DNA of 64,000 nucleotides. Origin: a virus. Its lineage: Duplodnaviria > Caudoviricetes. The DNA is taken from IMG/VR virus record IMGVR_UViG_3300025141_009413, positions 494-64,493 of that record; one strand, written 5' to 3'. Both the position numbers and the translations under genes were made by a program. Shown piece after piece: positions 28,368-39,180 of this stretch; the first letter of the stretch is position 1, and each line of letters begins with the position of its first letter. The notes under the pieces were generated by a model. It did not search any database and was not told where the DNA came from. It saw nothing but the letters and a program-made list of their open reading frames with translations.

Positions 28368-29604
28368 CGAAAAACAAAAAGAATTTATATATTTTCCATC
28401 TTTATCTGCTGGTGGATTTGCTTCTTCTTTAATTAAAGATGATAAGTTATCATCTGGCCACCCATGCAGATTTTATACAGATGAATATCCGGAAGAATAT
28501 AGACATAAATATTTCTTAGTCACAGCCGGACATTATTATAAGAAAATGGACATTAGACAGCAAATGGGCTTAGGTGATGATGTATTAGTATTTGGAGATT
28601 CCGGAGGATATCAAATTGCAACAGGTGCATTAACGTATAGTGATGATTTAAGAGAAAAAATATTTCATTGGTTAGAAGCAAATTCAGATGTAGCAGCAAA
28701 TCTAGATATTCCACCCAAAACAGTTTATGAAAATCAATTTTATCATTGTGCAGATATTAGTTATGATAATTTTGCTTGGTTTGAAAAACATCAATCCGGA
28801 AAGACAAAATTCTTAAACATGTTACAGGGGTCTAATCCATCAGAGTATGATTATTGGTATCATAGATTTAAACATTTTGAATTCCAAGGTTGGGCAATTG
28901 GAGGACCACAAAAGTTAGTTGATTTTATGTGGGCATTAGCATTAATGTTAAATAATAGAGAATTTGAAAATAAGAGATTAGAATATTTACATTTATTAGG
29001 AATTTCAAAAATATCTGATTTCTTTATTTTATCGACAATACAGAAGAACTTAAATAAACATTTTGGAAACAGAATAGTTGTAACAACAGATTCGAGTTCG
29101 CCTGGACAATATCCTGTATATGGAACTTATTTACATTCTCATAACTTTAAGAAATTATCTTTTAGTGATGTATATATGCCAAAAGGAAATAAAGATGAAG
29201 ACGGAAATATTATCAAATTATCAACTGATAAAGTACCAGATCTGCAGCATGATCAATTGGTGCCATGTAGTTTAGATTGCCCGGCATGTAAAGATTTTAC
29301 ATGGGGTATGTTAGATGAATATAATAAAGATGCTGTACCGAGAATGGTGTTACATAATGTACACGTATTCCAAAATACTATTAGAGAAGTGAACAAAATT
29401 GTCGCTGCTCATAGAGATGTTGCTCAATATATGGTTCCGGCCAATTTGGCAGCAGTATTAAAAAGTATATACGAAATGTTTGAAGACCCTGATAAAGCAA
29501 TTGTAGTTTATGAAAAATATAAACAATATTATCAGAAATTTGGCGGGCAGAGTATATCAACAATAAACAAGGATATTTTTAATCAATTTTTTGAAAAGGC
29601 ATAA
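28360..29604 (+). CDS. dpdA: TGT-fold guanine transglycosylase (DpdA-like, probably DNA-targeting)
   Basis: GDSGGYQ, LDIPP, LQG, WAIGG, LHLLGI, TTDSSS, and Zn-type C-x3-C-x2-C...HN. Context includes folE/queD/queE. Confidence 0.75.
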   Translation: MSNEKQKEFIYFPSLSAGGFASSLIKDDKLSSGHPCRFYTDEYPEEYRHKYFLVTAGHYYKKMDIRQQMGLGDDVLVFGDSGGYQIATGALTYSDDLREKIFHWLEANSDVAANLDIPPKTVYENQFYHCADISYDNFAWFEKHQSGKTKFLNMLQGSNPSEYDYWYHRFKHFEFQGWAIGGPQKLVDFMWALALMLNNREFENKRLEYLHLLGISKISDFFILSTIQKNLNKHFGNRIVVTTDSSSPGQYPVYGTYLHSHNFKKLSFSDVYMPKGNKDEDGNIIKLSTDKVPDLQHDQLVPCSLDCPACKDFTWGMLDEYNKDAVPRMVLHNVHVFQNTIREVNKIVAAHRDVAQYMVPANLAAVLKSIYEMFEDPDKAIVVYEKYKQYYQKFGGQSISTINKDIFNQFFEKA

Positions 29605-29607
29605 ATA

Positions 29608-30324
29608 ATGAAAAAGAACGACTTATTAAATTTTGTTAACCGATATCATTTAGCAGGAGCTACTACATCGGTTAAATGGAAAGGCAAAGATGGAAATTTG
29701 CAAACTAGTTTTATCACAGATGATCAAAATGTGATAGGCGAGATTAATTCAAATAATTTGAATTTTGGAGACAATGATCTAGGAGTATATGCAACACCCC
29801 AGTTAACTAAAATGTTAACGGCTGTTGGAGATAGCTTAGATATTAAAGTAAATACAATCGATGATAAATCGGTTAGTGTTGATATTAAAGATAAAGATGT
29901 TCGCATGAAATTCATGTTGGCTGACCTATCTGTTATAAGACAAGTCCCAGATTTAAAACAATTACCGGATTGGGATGTTACGATAGATTTAACAACAGAT
30001 TTTGTTAATAAATTTGTTAAAGCTAAGAATGCAATACCAGAATCTGAAAATTTCGCAATCAGAGCAAATGGAGTTGGAACAGAAATAATGGTAAATTATT
30101 CGGCAATTAACACTAATAGAATTACATTTAGTGCAGATGCAACTGTTAATAAAGAAATGGCAACTGTTTGTTTTTCATCAAATTTATTTAAAGAAATATT
30201 ACAAGCAAATAAAGATGCTGAAACTGCAAAATTAGAAGTATCTGCAGCCGGATTGGCAAGAGCAACTTTTACATCTAAAACTTTTGATTCAACATATTAT
30301 TTAGTGCAATTACAAACATCATGA
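29608..30324 (+). CDS. Sliding clamp (gp45/PCNA-like)
   Basis: 238 aa, beta-rich, C-terminal GLARATF...YYL. Adjacent to the clamp loader and PolB. Confidence 0.7.
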   Translation: MKKNDLLNFVNRYHLAGATTSVKWKGKDGNLQTSFITDDQNVIGEINSNNLNFGDNDLGVYATPQLTKMLTAVGDSLDIKVNTIDDKSVSVDIKDKDVRMKFMLADLSVIRQVPDLKQLPDWDVTIDLTTDFVNKFVKAKNAIPESENFAIRANGVGTEIMVNYSAINTNRITFSADATVNKEMATVCFSSNLFKEILQANKDAETAKLEVSAAGLARATFTSKTFDSTYYLVQLQTS

Positions 30325-30758
30325 TAGTACAATTTAAAAAATTAAGTGAACATGCAATAACACCATCATATGCTAAAGATGGAGACGCTGGGCTGGATAT
30401 TTCTTGCATAGGTTATATGATAAATAAAGAACATAACTTTATAGAATATTACACCGGATTGGCATTTGAAATACCAAAAGATCATGTAGGATTGTTATTT
30501 CCTAGATCATCTGTGTCTAAAACAGATTTAAGATTAGCTAACTGTGTAGGTGTTGTAGATTCTGGTTATAGAGGAGAAGTAATATTTAGATATAAATTTC
30601 AAAAAGATACATTTTTTGCATCAACAAAAAGATTTGAAACAGGAGATCGTATAGGACAATTAATAATAATAGAATATCCGGAAATACAATTACGTGAAAT
30701 GGATTCTTTATCAGATACAGATAGAGGAGATGGCGGATTCGGATCAACAGGTAAATAA
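30321..30758 (+). CDS. dut: dUTPase
   Basis: GDAGLD, PRSS, GVVDSGYRGE, RIGQL, RGDGGFGSTG. Confidence 0.95.
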   Translation: MIVQFKKLSEHAITPSYAKDGDAGLDISCIGYMINKEHNFIEYYTGLAFEIPKDHVGLLFPRSSVSKTDLRLANCVGVVDSGYRGEVIFRYKFQKDTFFASTKRFETGDRIGQLIIIEYPEIQLREMDSLSDTDRGDGGFGSTGK

Positions 30759-30761
30759 AAT

Positions 30762-31691
30762 ATGTTTGGTAATCAGGAAAATACATTATGGGTTGAAAAA
30801 TTTAGACCCGGTACATTAGATGGATATGTAGGCAATGAACATATCATTGATAAAGTTAAATTATATATTAGCTCAGGCGATGTTCCTCATTTATTATTTT
30901 ATGGTCAGGCTGGAACTGGTAAAACTACATTAGCTAAGATAATTGCAAATAATGTAGATGCTGATGTAATGTATGTTAATGCATCAGATGAAAATAATAT
31001 CGAAACAGTCCGAACTAAAATAAAGAATTTTGCTAGTACAGTTGGATTTAGACAATGGAAGATTGTTATATTAGATGAAGCCGATTACATGACCCCAAAT
31101 GGCCAGGCAGCATTACGTAATTTAATGGAAACATTTTCTAAAACAACTAGATTCATATTAACATGTAATTATGTTGAAAAGATTATAGACCCCATTCAGA
31201 GTAGATGTCAAACATTTGGCATCATGCCACCTAACAAAATGGAGGTTGCTAAACGTATAGTAAATATCTTACAAGAACTACAAGTCTCTTATGATAATAA
31301 GGATATAGCAACTATTATAAATGCAGGATATCCAGATATCAGAAGAGTATTAAACTCATGTCAGCGACAAGTAGTTGATTCTAAATTAACCATTGATGCT
31401 ACAAGTCTTGTACAAGCAAATTATATGACTAACCTATTAGAAATATTAAAAAATAGTACAAGTAAAAAAGATGCGTTTAGAGATTGTAGGAAATTAATTG
31501 CAGATAGTAAAGTACAAGATTTTATAGCATTGTACAAGTACTTATTTGATGAGATAGATAATTATGCTAAAGGACATATTGCAAGTGTTATTTTAATTTT
31601 AGCAGAATCACAGTATCAAGATGCATTTGCAGTAGACAAAGAATTACATGCTATGTCAACCATAGTAAAATTATTGAATGAGTTAAAATAA
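30762..31691 (+). CDS. Clamp loader AAA+ subunit (RFC/gp44-like)
   Basis: WVEKFRP, GQAGTGKTT, NASDE, ILDEADYM, FILTCN, IQSRC. Confidence 0.93.
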   Translation: MFGNQENTLWVEKFRPGTLDGYVGNEHIIDKVKLYISSGDVPHLLFYGQAGTGKTTLAKIIANNVDADVMYVNASDENNIETVRTKIKNFASTVGFRQWKIVILDEADYMTPNGQAALRNLMETFSKTTRFILTCNYVEKIIDPIQSRCQTFGIMPPNKMEVAKRIVNILQELQVSYDNKDIATIINAGYPDIRRVLNSCQRQVVDSKLTIDATSLVQANYMTNLLEILKNSTSKKDAFRDCRKLIADSKVQDFIALYKYLFDEIDNYAKGHIASVILILAESQYQDAFAVDKELHAMSTIVKLLNELK

Positions 31692-31699
31692 AGGAAGTT

Positions 31700-31951
31700 A
31701 TGAAAAAAATAGAAGACAATGGCGCAGCACCAAAAACAAATGTCAACCTCAATCCGGAAGATTTGAAAGATATCGTTTGTGAAAATTGTGGCAGCCAATT
31801 TTTTAGACAAGTAAGTGCATTTAAAAGAATTTCAGCACTTTATTCACCAACTGGTAAAGAACAAATTATCCCTGTACCAACTTTCAGATGTGATGATTGT
31901 GGACATATTAATGCAGATTTTCAACCAATACAAGAAAAACCAAAAAAATAA
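31700..31951 (+). CDS. Zinc-ribbon protein
   Basis: CENC...CDDC. Confidence 0.65.
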   Translation: MKKIEDNGAAPKTNVNLNPEDLKDIVCENCGSQFFRQVSAFKRISALYSPTGKEQIIPVPTFRCDDCGHINADFQPIQEKPKK

Positions 31952-33559
<1,608 letters not shown>

Positions 33560-33790
33560 ATGGATAGAAGATTTTTTATTAAAACAATCGCTGGGTCATT
33601 TGGAACTGCATTTTTAACCACAATGTTAGTTGCATGTGAGAAAATCCCTTTACTTCCAGCATTACACATGACCGGTTCTATAACTGGAAGTGTTACAGGA
33701 AGTGTTACAGGAAGCTTTACAGGTTCCATCAGTGGGTCAGATCCATGGACTCCTAATTATGATGAACATACAGGGTCTATAAAATTATGA
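33560..33790 (+). CDS. Small Tat-type lipoprotein with TGS repeats
   Basis: MDRRFFIK twin-arginine motif, LVA-C lipobox, (TGSx)5 from 12-bp repeats at about 33668-33740. Confidence 0.55.
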   Translation: MDRRFFIKTIAGSFGTAFLTTMLVACEKIPLLPALHMTGSITGSVTGSVTGSFTGSISGSDPWTPNYDEHTGSIKL

Positions 33791-33816
33791 TTTACGAAAA
33801 AAATTTATTATATTAA
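33785..33816 (+). promoter_or_regulatory. Class E promoter copy (likely leaderless)
   Basis: ttatgatttacgaaaaaaatttattatattaa; ATG at 33821. Confidence 0.6.
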
Positions 33817-33820
33817 TAAT

Positions 33821-34261
33821 ATGAAAAAGCCGGCTACAATATTTGATCATTTAGCAAATATAACTTATAAGAAAACTCTATGGAGTAAATTATCAGAAGC
33901 AGATCAAAAAACATTTAGTCCATATTTGATTAATCGTTGGTTGTCTATGAATCCGGATTTAATAGAGATTGTTGATATGTTCCAACAATATACAATTGGA
34001 CCATTAAATAAAAAACAAGTTTATCAGCTATATTATGATATTTTGCCAAAACAAAAAATGTATACTAAATATATTAAAGGCAAAAAGGCAGATAAATATA
34101 ATAAAGATTTAATAACATTTGTCGCAAATCATATACAAATATCTAGAAGAGAAGCTACATCATATATTGATTATTGGAAACAAGGCCATATAAATGAATT
34201 AGAAGATTTATTAAAAAAATATGGTAAAACAGATAAAGAAGTAAAACAATGGCTAAAATAA
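33821..34261 (+). CDS. Clamp loader small subunit (gp62-like)
   Basis: IFDHL...FSPYLINRWLSM...YQLY..ILPK.K...KYIK pattern. Confidence 0.7.
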   Translation: MKKPATIFDHLANITYKKTLWSKLSEADQKTFSPYLINRWLSMNPDLIEIVDMFQQYTIGPLNKKQVYQLYYDILPKQKMYTKYIKGKKADKYNKDLITFVANHIQISRREATSYIDYWKQGHINELEDLLKKYGKTDKEVKQWLK

Positions 34262-34509
34262 TTAGAGATAGTAAAACAAAAGTTGAGTTCACCGAAACAG
34301 AACAAGTATATCACCCTGATCATTACGGAGGAAAAGATAGTTTATATGAAGTTATAAAGGTAATAGAGGCATGGGAACTAGACTTTAATCTTGGTAATGT
34401 AGTGAAATATGTATCACGCGCCGGCAAGAAGGATAAAAATACTAAATTACAAGACCTAGAAAAGGCTAAATGGTATTTAGAAAGATCTATAAACAACCTA
34501 ACAAAATAG
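34249..34509 (+). CDS. DUF3310-family protein (putative nucleotide kinase-like)
   Basis: HPDHY...E.I.VIE...FNLGNVVKYVSRAGKK...DLEKAKWYL. Confidence 0.85.
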   Translation: MAKIIRDSKTKVEFTETEQVYHPDHYGGKDSLYEVIKVIEAWELDFNLGNVVKYVSRAGKKDKNTKLQDLEKAKWYLERSINNLTK

Positions 34510-34517
34510 TGAAATAA

Positions 34518-34549
34518 TTAGGAATTACGAGAAAAAATCCTTATATTTA
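34518..34549 (+). promoter_or_regulatory. Class E promoter copy (likely leaderless)
   Basis: ttaggaattacgagaaaaaatccttatattta; ATG at 34553. Confidence 0.7.
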
Positions 34550-34552
34550 AGT

Positions 34553-35488
34553 ATGCATAGTGTTATAAAATTTAATGATAGAGAGCCGAAGACCGGCGAG
34601 AGAAAAATATCTTATTCTCAGTACTCAATGTACGAACAATGCCCCAGACATTGGGAATTAGCATATGTTAAAGGATTAAGAACATTCAAACAAAGTATCC
34701 ATACATTATTTGGTACAGCATTCCATGAAACATTGCAACATTATCTAACAATAATGTATACGGAAACGGCTAAAAAAGCAGATGAGATTGATATCGAAGC
34801 AATGTTATTATCTAGAATGCAGACTTTATATAAAGAAGCTGTTACAAAAATGGATGAACACTTCTCCACGAAGTTTGAACTAACAGAATTTTTCCAAGAT
34901 GGTGTTACAATATTACAATATATCAAACGACATAGAGGCAAATACTTTTCGGCAAAACATGAAGAATTGATAGGTATAGAAGTTAGAGTATATCATCCAG
35001 TTTCAGAAAAAAATCCTAATGTATTAATGTTAGGATATTTAGATGTAGTTATAAGAGATAAACGTACTGATGAGATAACGATTATTGATATCAAAACTAG
35101 TACAATGGGATGGAATAAATATCAAAAGGCCGATAAGTTAAAATTATCTCAATTAGTTCTTTATAAAGAATATTATGCTAAACAATATGGTTGGAATGTT
35201 GATAAGATTAAAATTAAATTCCTGATTGTTAAACGTAAATTAATTGAAGGCGCAATGTTTCCTCAAAGACGTGTACAAGAAGTGATACCGGCGAGCGGTA
35301 AGCCAACTAGAAATGCGTTGCTCCGATCAATTGATAATTGGGTTGAAACATGTTTTACTTCGACGGGAGATTATATTACAGATAAGACGTATCCAGCGGT
35401 AGCGGGTAAGAATAAACGAAACTGTAAATATTGTGAATTTGTTGACCAAGAAGATTTATGTCCATTAGCAAATAGAATAAAAGAATGA
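34553..35488 (+). CDS. PD-(D/E)XK exonuclease (RecB/Cas4-like)
   Basis: ISYSQ...CP, FGTAFHE, GYLDVV...IIDIKTS, Q...Y, C-terminal CKYCEF...C. Confidence 0.85.
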   Translation: MHSVIKFNDREPKTGERKISYSQYSMYEQCPRHWELAYVKGLRTFKQSIHTLFGTAFHETLQHYLTIMYTETAKKADEIDIEAMLLSRMQTLYKEAVTKMDEHFSTKFELTEFFQDGVTILQYIKRHRGKYFSAKHEELIGIEVRVYHPVSEKNPNVLMLGYLDVVIRDKRTDEITIIDIKTSTMGWNKYQKADKLKLSQLVLYKEYYAKQYGWNVDKIKIKFLIVKRKLIEGAMFPQRRVQEVIPASGKPTRNALLRSIDNWVETCFTSTGDYITDKTYPAVAGKNKRNCKYCEFVDQEDLCPLANRIKE

Positions 35489-35886
35489 AAGTTGCAATAA
35501 TAGGTAGTCGCGAATATGAAAATGTCAGAAAAATAAAAAATTTAATGACAGAACTTAGACGTAAATTTGGAGATGAGTTGATAGTTATCTCCGGAGGCTG
35601 CAAATTTGGAGCAGATAAATATGCTAAAAAATATGCAATAGAATTTGATATTAATTATAAAGAATATAATCCAGCACATACGCCAAAGAATTTGTATAGT
35701 GGAATGTCAGAAGGATATTATGGTAAGCCATATCATGTATCCCAGTTTCATCATAGAAATATGTTGATAGCAAAAGAATGTGATATGATGGTAGCTTTAA
35801 TACCAAATAATTCCTCAGCATCCGGTACAGAAAGTGCAATGAATAAGGCGATTAAATTAAACAAAAAGGTGGTTATCTTAACGTAA
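35485..35886 (+). CDS. SLOG-family (DUF2493/YspA-like) protein
   Basis: MKVAIIGSR, ISGGC..GAD, RN.LIA..CD, SGT. Confidence 0.75.
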   Translation: MKVAIIGSREYENVRKIKNLMTELRRKFGDELIVISGGCKFGADKYAKKYAIEFDINYKEYNPAHTPKNLYSGMSEGYYGKPYHVSQFHHRNMLIAKECDMMVALIPNNSSASGTESAMNKAIKLNKKVVILT

Positions 35887-35890
35887 ACCT

Positions 35891-35898
35891 ATATTTAT
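35891..35898 (+). promoter_or_regulatory. Putative late promoter ATATTTAT heading the glycan island
   Basis: Intergenic copy of the motif. Confidence 0.6.
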
Positions 35899-35921
35899 AA
35901 TAAAATAGTTATAAAGGAAAT

Positions 35922-37373
35922 ATGCAAGAAATACAGTTACCAAAACTCAAAAAAATCAATCCTAATAGACCAAAAAAGAAAAAAATATTATTATTATGTG
36001 ATGATATGCGAATGCATTCTGGCATTGCAACAATGGCAAAAGAATTTGTTATAGGCACAGCTCATAAATATGATTGGGTGCAAATCGGAGCAGCAATCAA
36101 ACATCCAGATGAAGGAAAGGTATTTGATTTATGTAATGATGTGAATAAAGAAGCCGGCATTGATGATGCGTATGTAAAGGTATATGCATGTAATGGCTAT
36201 GGCAATCCTCAACTCTTACAACAAGTGATGAATATGGAAGCCCCGGATGCAATACTGCATTTTACAGATCCTAGATTTTGGGGTTGGTTATATAATATTG
36301 AGCATAGTCTTAGACAATACGTGCCAATCATGTATTATAATATTTGGGATGATTTACCATATCCATTCTGGAATGAGCCGTTTTATGAATCCTGCGATTT
36401 AATAATGAATATATCCAGACAAACACAAAACATTGTAAAAAATGTCATTCGTAAATATCCTAAACCTGATTGGGCAGTACAATATGTTCCGCATGGAGTT
36501 AATGAAAAAAAGTTTTATCCTATAAATTCATTGCATAAAGAATATGAAGAATTTACAGCATTTAGATCTAGATTTTTACGAGATAAATTTGAATTTGTGA
36601 TATTTTGGAATAATAGAAATATCAGAAGGAAACAGCCAGGTGATGTAATATTGGCATTTAATGAATTCTGTAAAACATTATCAAAAGAAGAAGCAGATAA
36701 ATGTGTTTTAGTAATGCACACTCAAGGTGTTGACCCGAATGGAACTGATTTATATGCTGTTAAAAATGCTGTTTGTCCAGATTATAATATAGTTTTTAGT
36801 ACAAATGCTGTCGACCAAAAAACATTAAATTTTTATTATAATATGTCTGATGTAACTATTAATATTGCATCTAATGAAGGATTTGGCATTTCTTGGTGTG
36901 AATCATTACATGCCGGCACCCCCATTATTAATAATGTTACAGGCGGATTGCAAGACGGATGTCGATTTGATCATGGAGATGGATCATGGATTGACTTTGA
37001 TACTCATTTCCCGACTAATCATGACGGCACGTATCAAATAGCCGGCAAGTGGTCAAAGCCAGTATTTCCGAGTAATAGGTCATTACAAGGTTCACCACAG
37101 ACGCCTTATATATTTGATGATAGAGCAAATTTTAAAGATGTTGCAGCTGCAATTGAATATTGGTATAAAATGTCAAAAGAAGAAAGGGACATTTGTGGAG
37201 CTGCCGGACATGAATGGGTTTGTGGAACAGAGTCGAATATGTCAGCTAGAAGAATGAGTGAAAGAATGAGTGAATGTATCGAAGAGTGTTTTGAAAAATG
37301 GACACCACGCGAAAAATTTACAATGTATAAAATAGAACCAAAGTTAAAAATTGAAAACCCAGGAGTATTATGA
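35922..37373 (+). CDS. GT-B (GT4) glycosyltransferase
   Basis: NRNIRRKQPG, NEGFGISWCES..AGTPII. Confidence 0.85.
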   Translation: MQEIQLPKLKKINPNRPKKKKILLLCDDMRMHSGIATMAKEFVIGTAHKYDWVQIGAAIKHPDEGKVFDLCNDVNKEAGIDDAYVKVYACNGYGNPQLLQQVMNMEAPDAILHFTDPRFWGWLYNIEHSLRQYVPIMYYNIWDDLPYPFWNEPFYESCDLIMNISRQTQNIVKNVIRKYPKPDWAVQYVPHGVNEKKFYPINSLHKEYEEFTAFRSRFLRDKFEFVIFWNNRNIRRKQPGDVILAFNEFCKTLSKEEADKCVLVMHTQGVDPNGTDLYAVKNAVCPDYNIVFSTNAVDQKTLNFYYNMSDVTINIASNEGFGISWCESLHAGTPIINNVTGGLQDGCRFDHGDGSWIDFDTHFPTNHDGTYQIAGKWSKPVFPSNRSLQGSPQTPYIFDDRANFKDVAAAIEYWYKMSKEERDICGAAGHEWVCGTESNMSARRMSERMSECIEECFEKWTPREKFTMYKIEPKLKIENPGVL

Positions 37374-38701
37374 AGCCATTTATAGTAGTACAAGGACCAG
37401 TCGCAACTAGATCTGGATATGGAAATCATACTAGAGATTTAATTACCAGTCTGATTAAAGCAGACAAATATGATATTTTAATAGTCTCATTACCATGGGG
37501 ATCATGTCCTTCTGACGCATTAAAGCCAGAAAATCCGGAACATTTAGAAATAATAAAACGTATTGCAAGAGAAAATATAAGAAAAAAGCCAGACGTATTC
37601 ATTCAAATTAGTGTGCCTAATGAATTCCAACCAATGGGACAATATAATATAGGCATTACAGCCGGCATAGAGACAGATACTGTATCGCCAGAGTTTTTAG
37701 AAGGATGTAATAGAATGAATTTAATATTAACTACGTCTGAACATTCTAAAGAAGGATTTATGAATTGTCAGTATGATACTATGGATAAAGAAACTAAGCA
37801 AAAAACTGGCGAATTAAAATTAACAACAGCTATAGATGTTTTGTTTGAAGGTGCAGATTTAAATGTATACAAAAAAATATCACCAACAGATATCCATGAA
37901 TCTATTACAGAGACTATGTCAACAATTAAAGACCAATTTTGTTATTTATTTGTAGGACATTGGCTAAAAGGAGATATTGGTCAAGATAGAAAAGATATAG
38001 GAATGTTAATAAAGACATTTGCTGAAACATTTAAAAATAAAGCTAAACACAACCGACCGGCGTTAATATTAAAAACTAGTAGTGCGACTTTTTCAATAAT
38101 GGACCGTGAACAAATTACATCTAGAATTCAACAAATATTAGAGCCATATGGTATCAAAGCGCCGAATGTTTATTTATTACATGGAGATTTAACAGATCAA
38201 GAGATGAATTCTTTATACAACCACCCTAAAATAAAATCAATGATTTCTTTTACAAAAGGCGAAGGCTTTGGTAGACCATTATTAGAATTTTCTTTAACAG
38301 GGAAGCCAGTTATAGCTAGTGATTGGTCCGGACATAAAGATTTCTTACAACATTCTATAATGTTACCAGGACAATTAACAAATGTACATCCTTCAGCAGC
38401 AGATAAATTTTTATTAAAAGAAGCTAAATGGTTTACCGTCAATTATCAATATGCATCTGCAGTCCTTAAAGAAGTTACAGAAAATTACAAAAATAAGATT
38501 CCTAGTGCTAGAAAACAAGCAACATTTAGTAAAAAGGAATTTAATTTAGATAAGATGGCAGAACTGTTTTGTACGCATGTTGATAAAGGCCTAGAAAATG
38601 TACCACAACAAGTTTCATTAAAATTGCCAAAACTTAAAAAACTAGGAAATAAAGAACCAAATAAGGTAAAATTGCCAAAACTTAAAAAGGTTGAAGTATG
38701 A
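37370..38701 (+). CDS. GT-B (GT4) glycosyltransferase
   Basis: SGYG, DRKDIG, TKGEGFGRPLLEF...GKPVIASDWSGH. The C-terminus has LPKLKK twice. Confidence 0.85.
   Translation: MKPFIVVQGPVATRSGYGNHTRDLITSLIKADKYDILIVSLPWGSCPSDALKPENPEHLEIIKRIARENIRKKPDVFIQISVPNEFQPMGQYNIGITAGIETDTVSPEFLEGCNRMNLILTTSEHSKEGFMNCQYDTMDKETKQKTGELKLTTAIDVLFEGADLNVYKKISPTDIHESITETMSTIKDQFCYLFVGHWLKGDIGQDRKDIGMLIKTFAETFKNKAKHNRPALILKTSSATFSIMDREQITSRIQQILEPYGIKAPNVYLLHGDLTDQEMNSLYNHPKIKSMISFTKGEGFGRPLLEFSLTGKPVIASDWSGHKDFLQHSIMLPGQLTNVHPSAADKFLLKEAKWFTVNYQYASAVLKEVTENYKNKIPSARKQATFSKKEFNLDKMAELFCTHVDKGLENVPQQVSLKLPKLKKLGNKEPNKVKLPKLKKVEV
38619..38688 (+). repeat. 22-bp exact direct repeat taaaattgccaaaacttaaaaa (38619-38640, 38667-38688)
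   Basis: Encodes KLPKLKK twice. Confidence 0.8.
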
Positions 38702-39180
38702 AATTAGATTATGATGAAATATCTCCTATAACTAAAAATGAATGTGTTATAGTTGAAGCAGACGAATCCACAAATACTACATCATATATGTGTATGGAAT
38801 CTGGATTTACAACATCAGACAAATTAGTTATTGATTCAAAACATGTATCAGATTATGAAGCTACTTTGCCACAACTTATGAAAGACGTAAAATATACTGA
38901 TGAAGAACGTGGACTAATATGGTATCCAGCCTTTCTTAATGTCCCGGGAGTTGGAATGTTATATTGTTCCGGAAATAAAGAATCTGATTTTAGATGGGAA
39001 GTTGCTAAGACAGTAGAATTGATAGGCGATGAAAGAAAGAAATTTCCAGTACCAGGAAAACTTGGAGAATATTACACATCACGACTAGATACAGAAAATG
39101 CAACACAATTCGACAGATCTCGATTTGGAGAGGCACTTGACTGTTACTATGAAATGATGGCTAAAATTTATGCACAATGA
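38698..39180 (+). CDS. Hypothetical protein
   Basis: 160-aa ORF coupled within the GT operon. Confidence 0.6.
   Translation: MKLDYDEISPITKNECVIVEADESTNTTSYMCMESGFTTSDKLVIDSKHVSDYEATLPQLMKDVKYTDEERGLIWYPAFLNVPGVGMLYCSGNKESDFRWEVAKTVELIGDERKKFPVPGKLGEYYTSRLDTENATQFDRSRFGEALDCYYEMMAKIYAQ

Noticed and set aside
34553-35488. Cas4-like nuclease as evidence of a CRISPR system
   Set aside because: Stand-alone PD-(D/E)XK exonucleases are common in phage replication modules, and there is no array or other cas gene.
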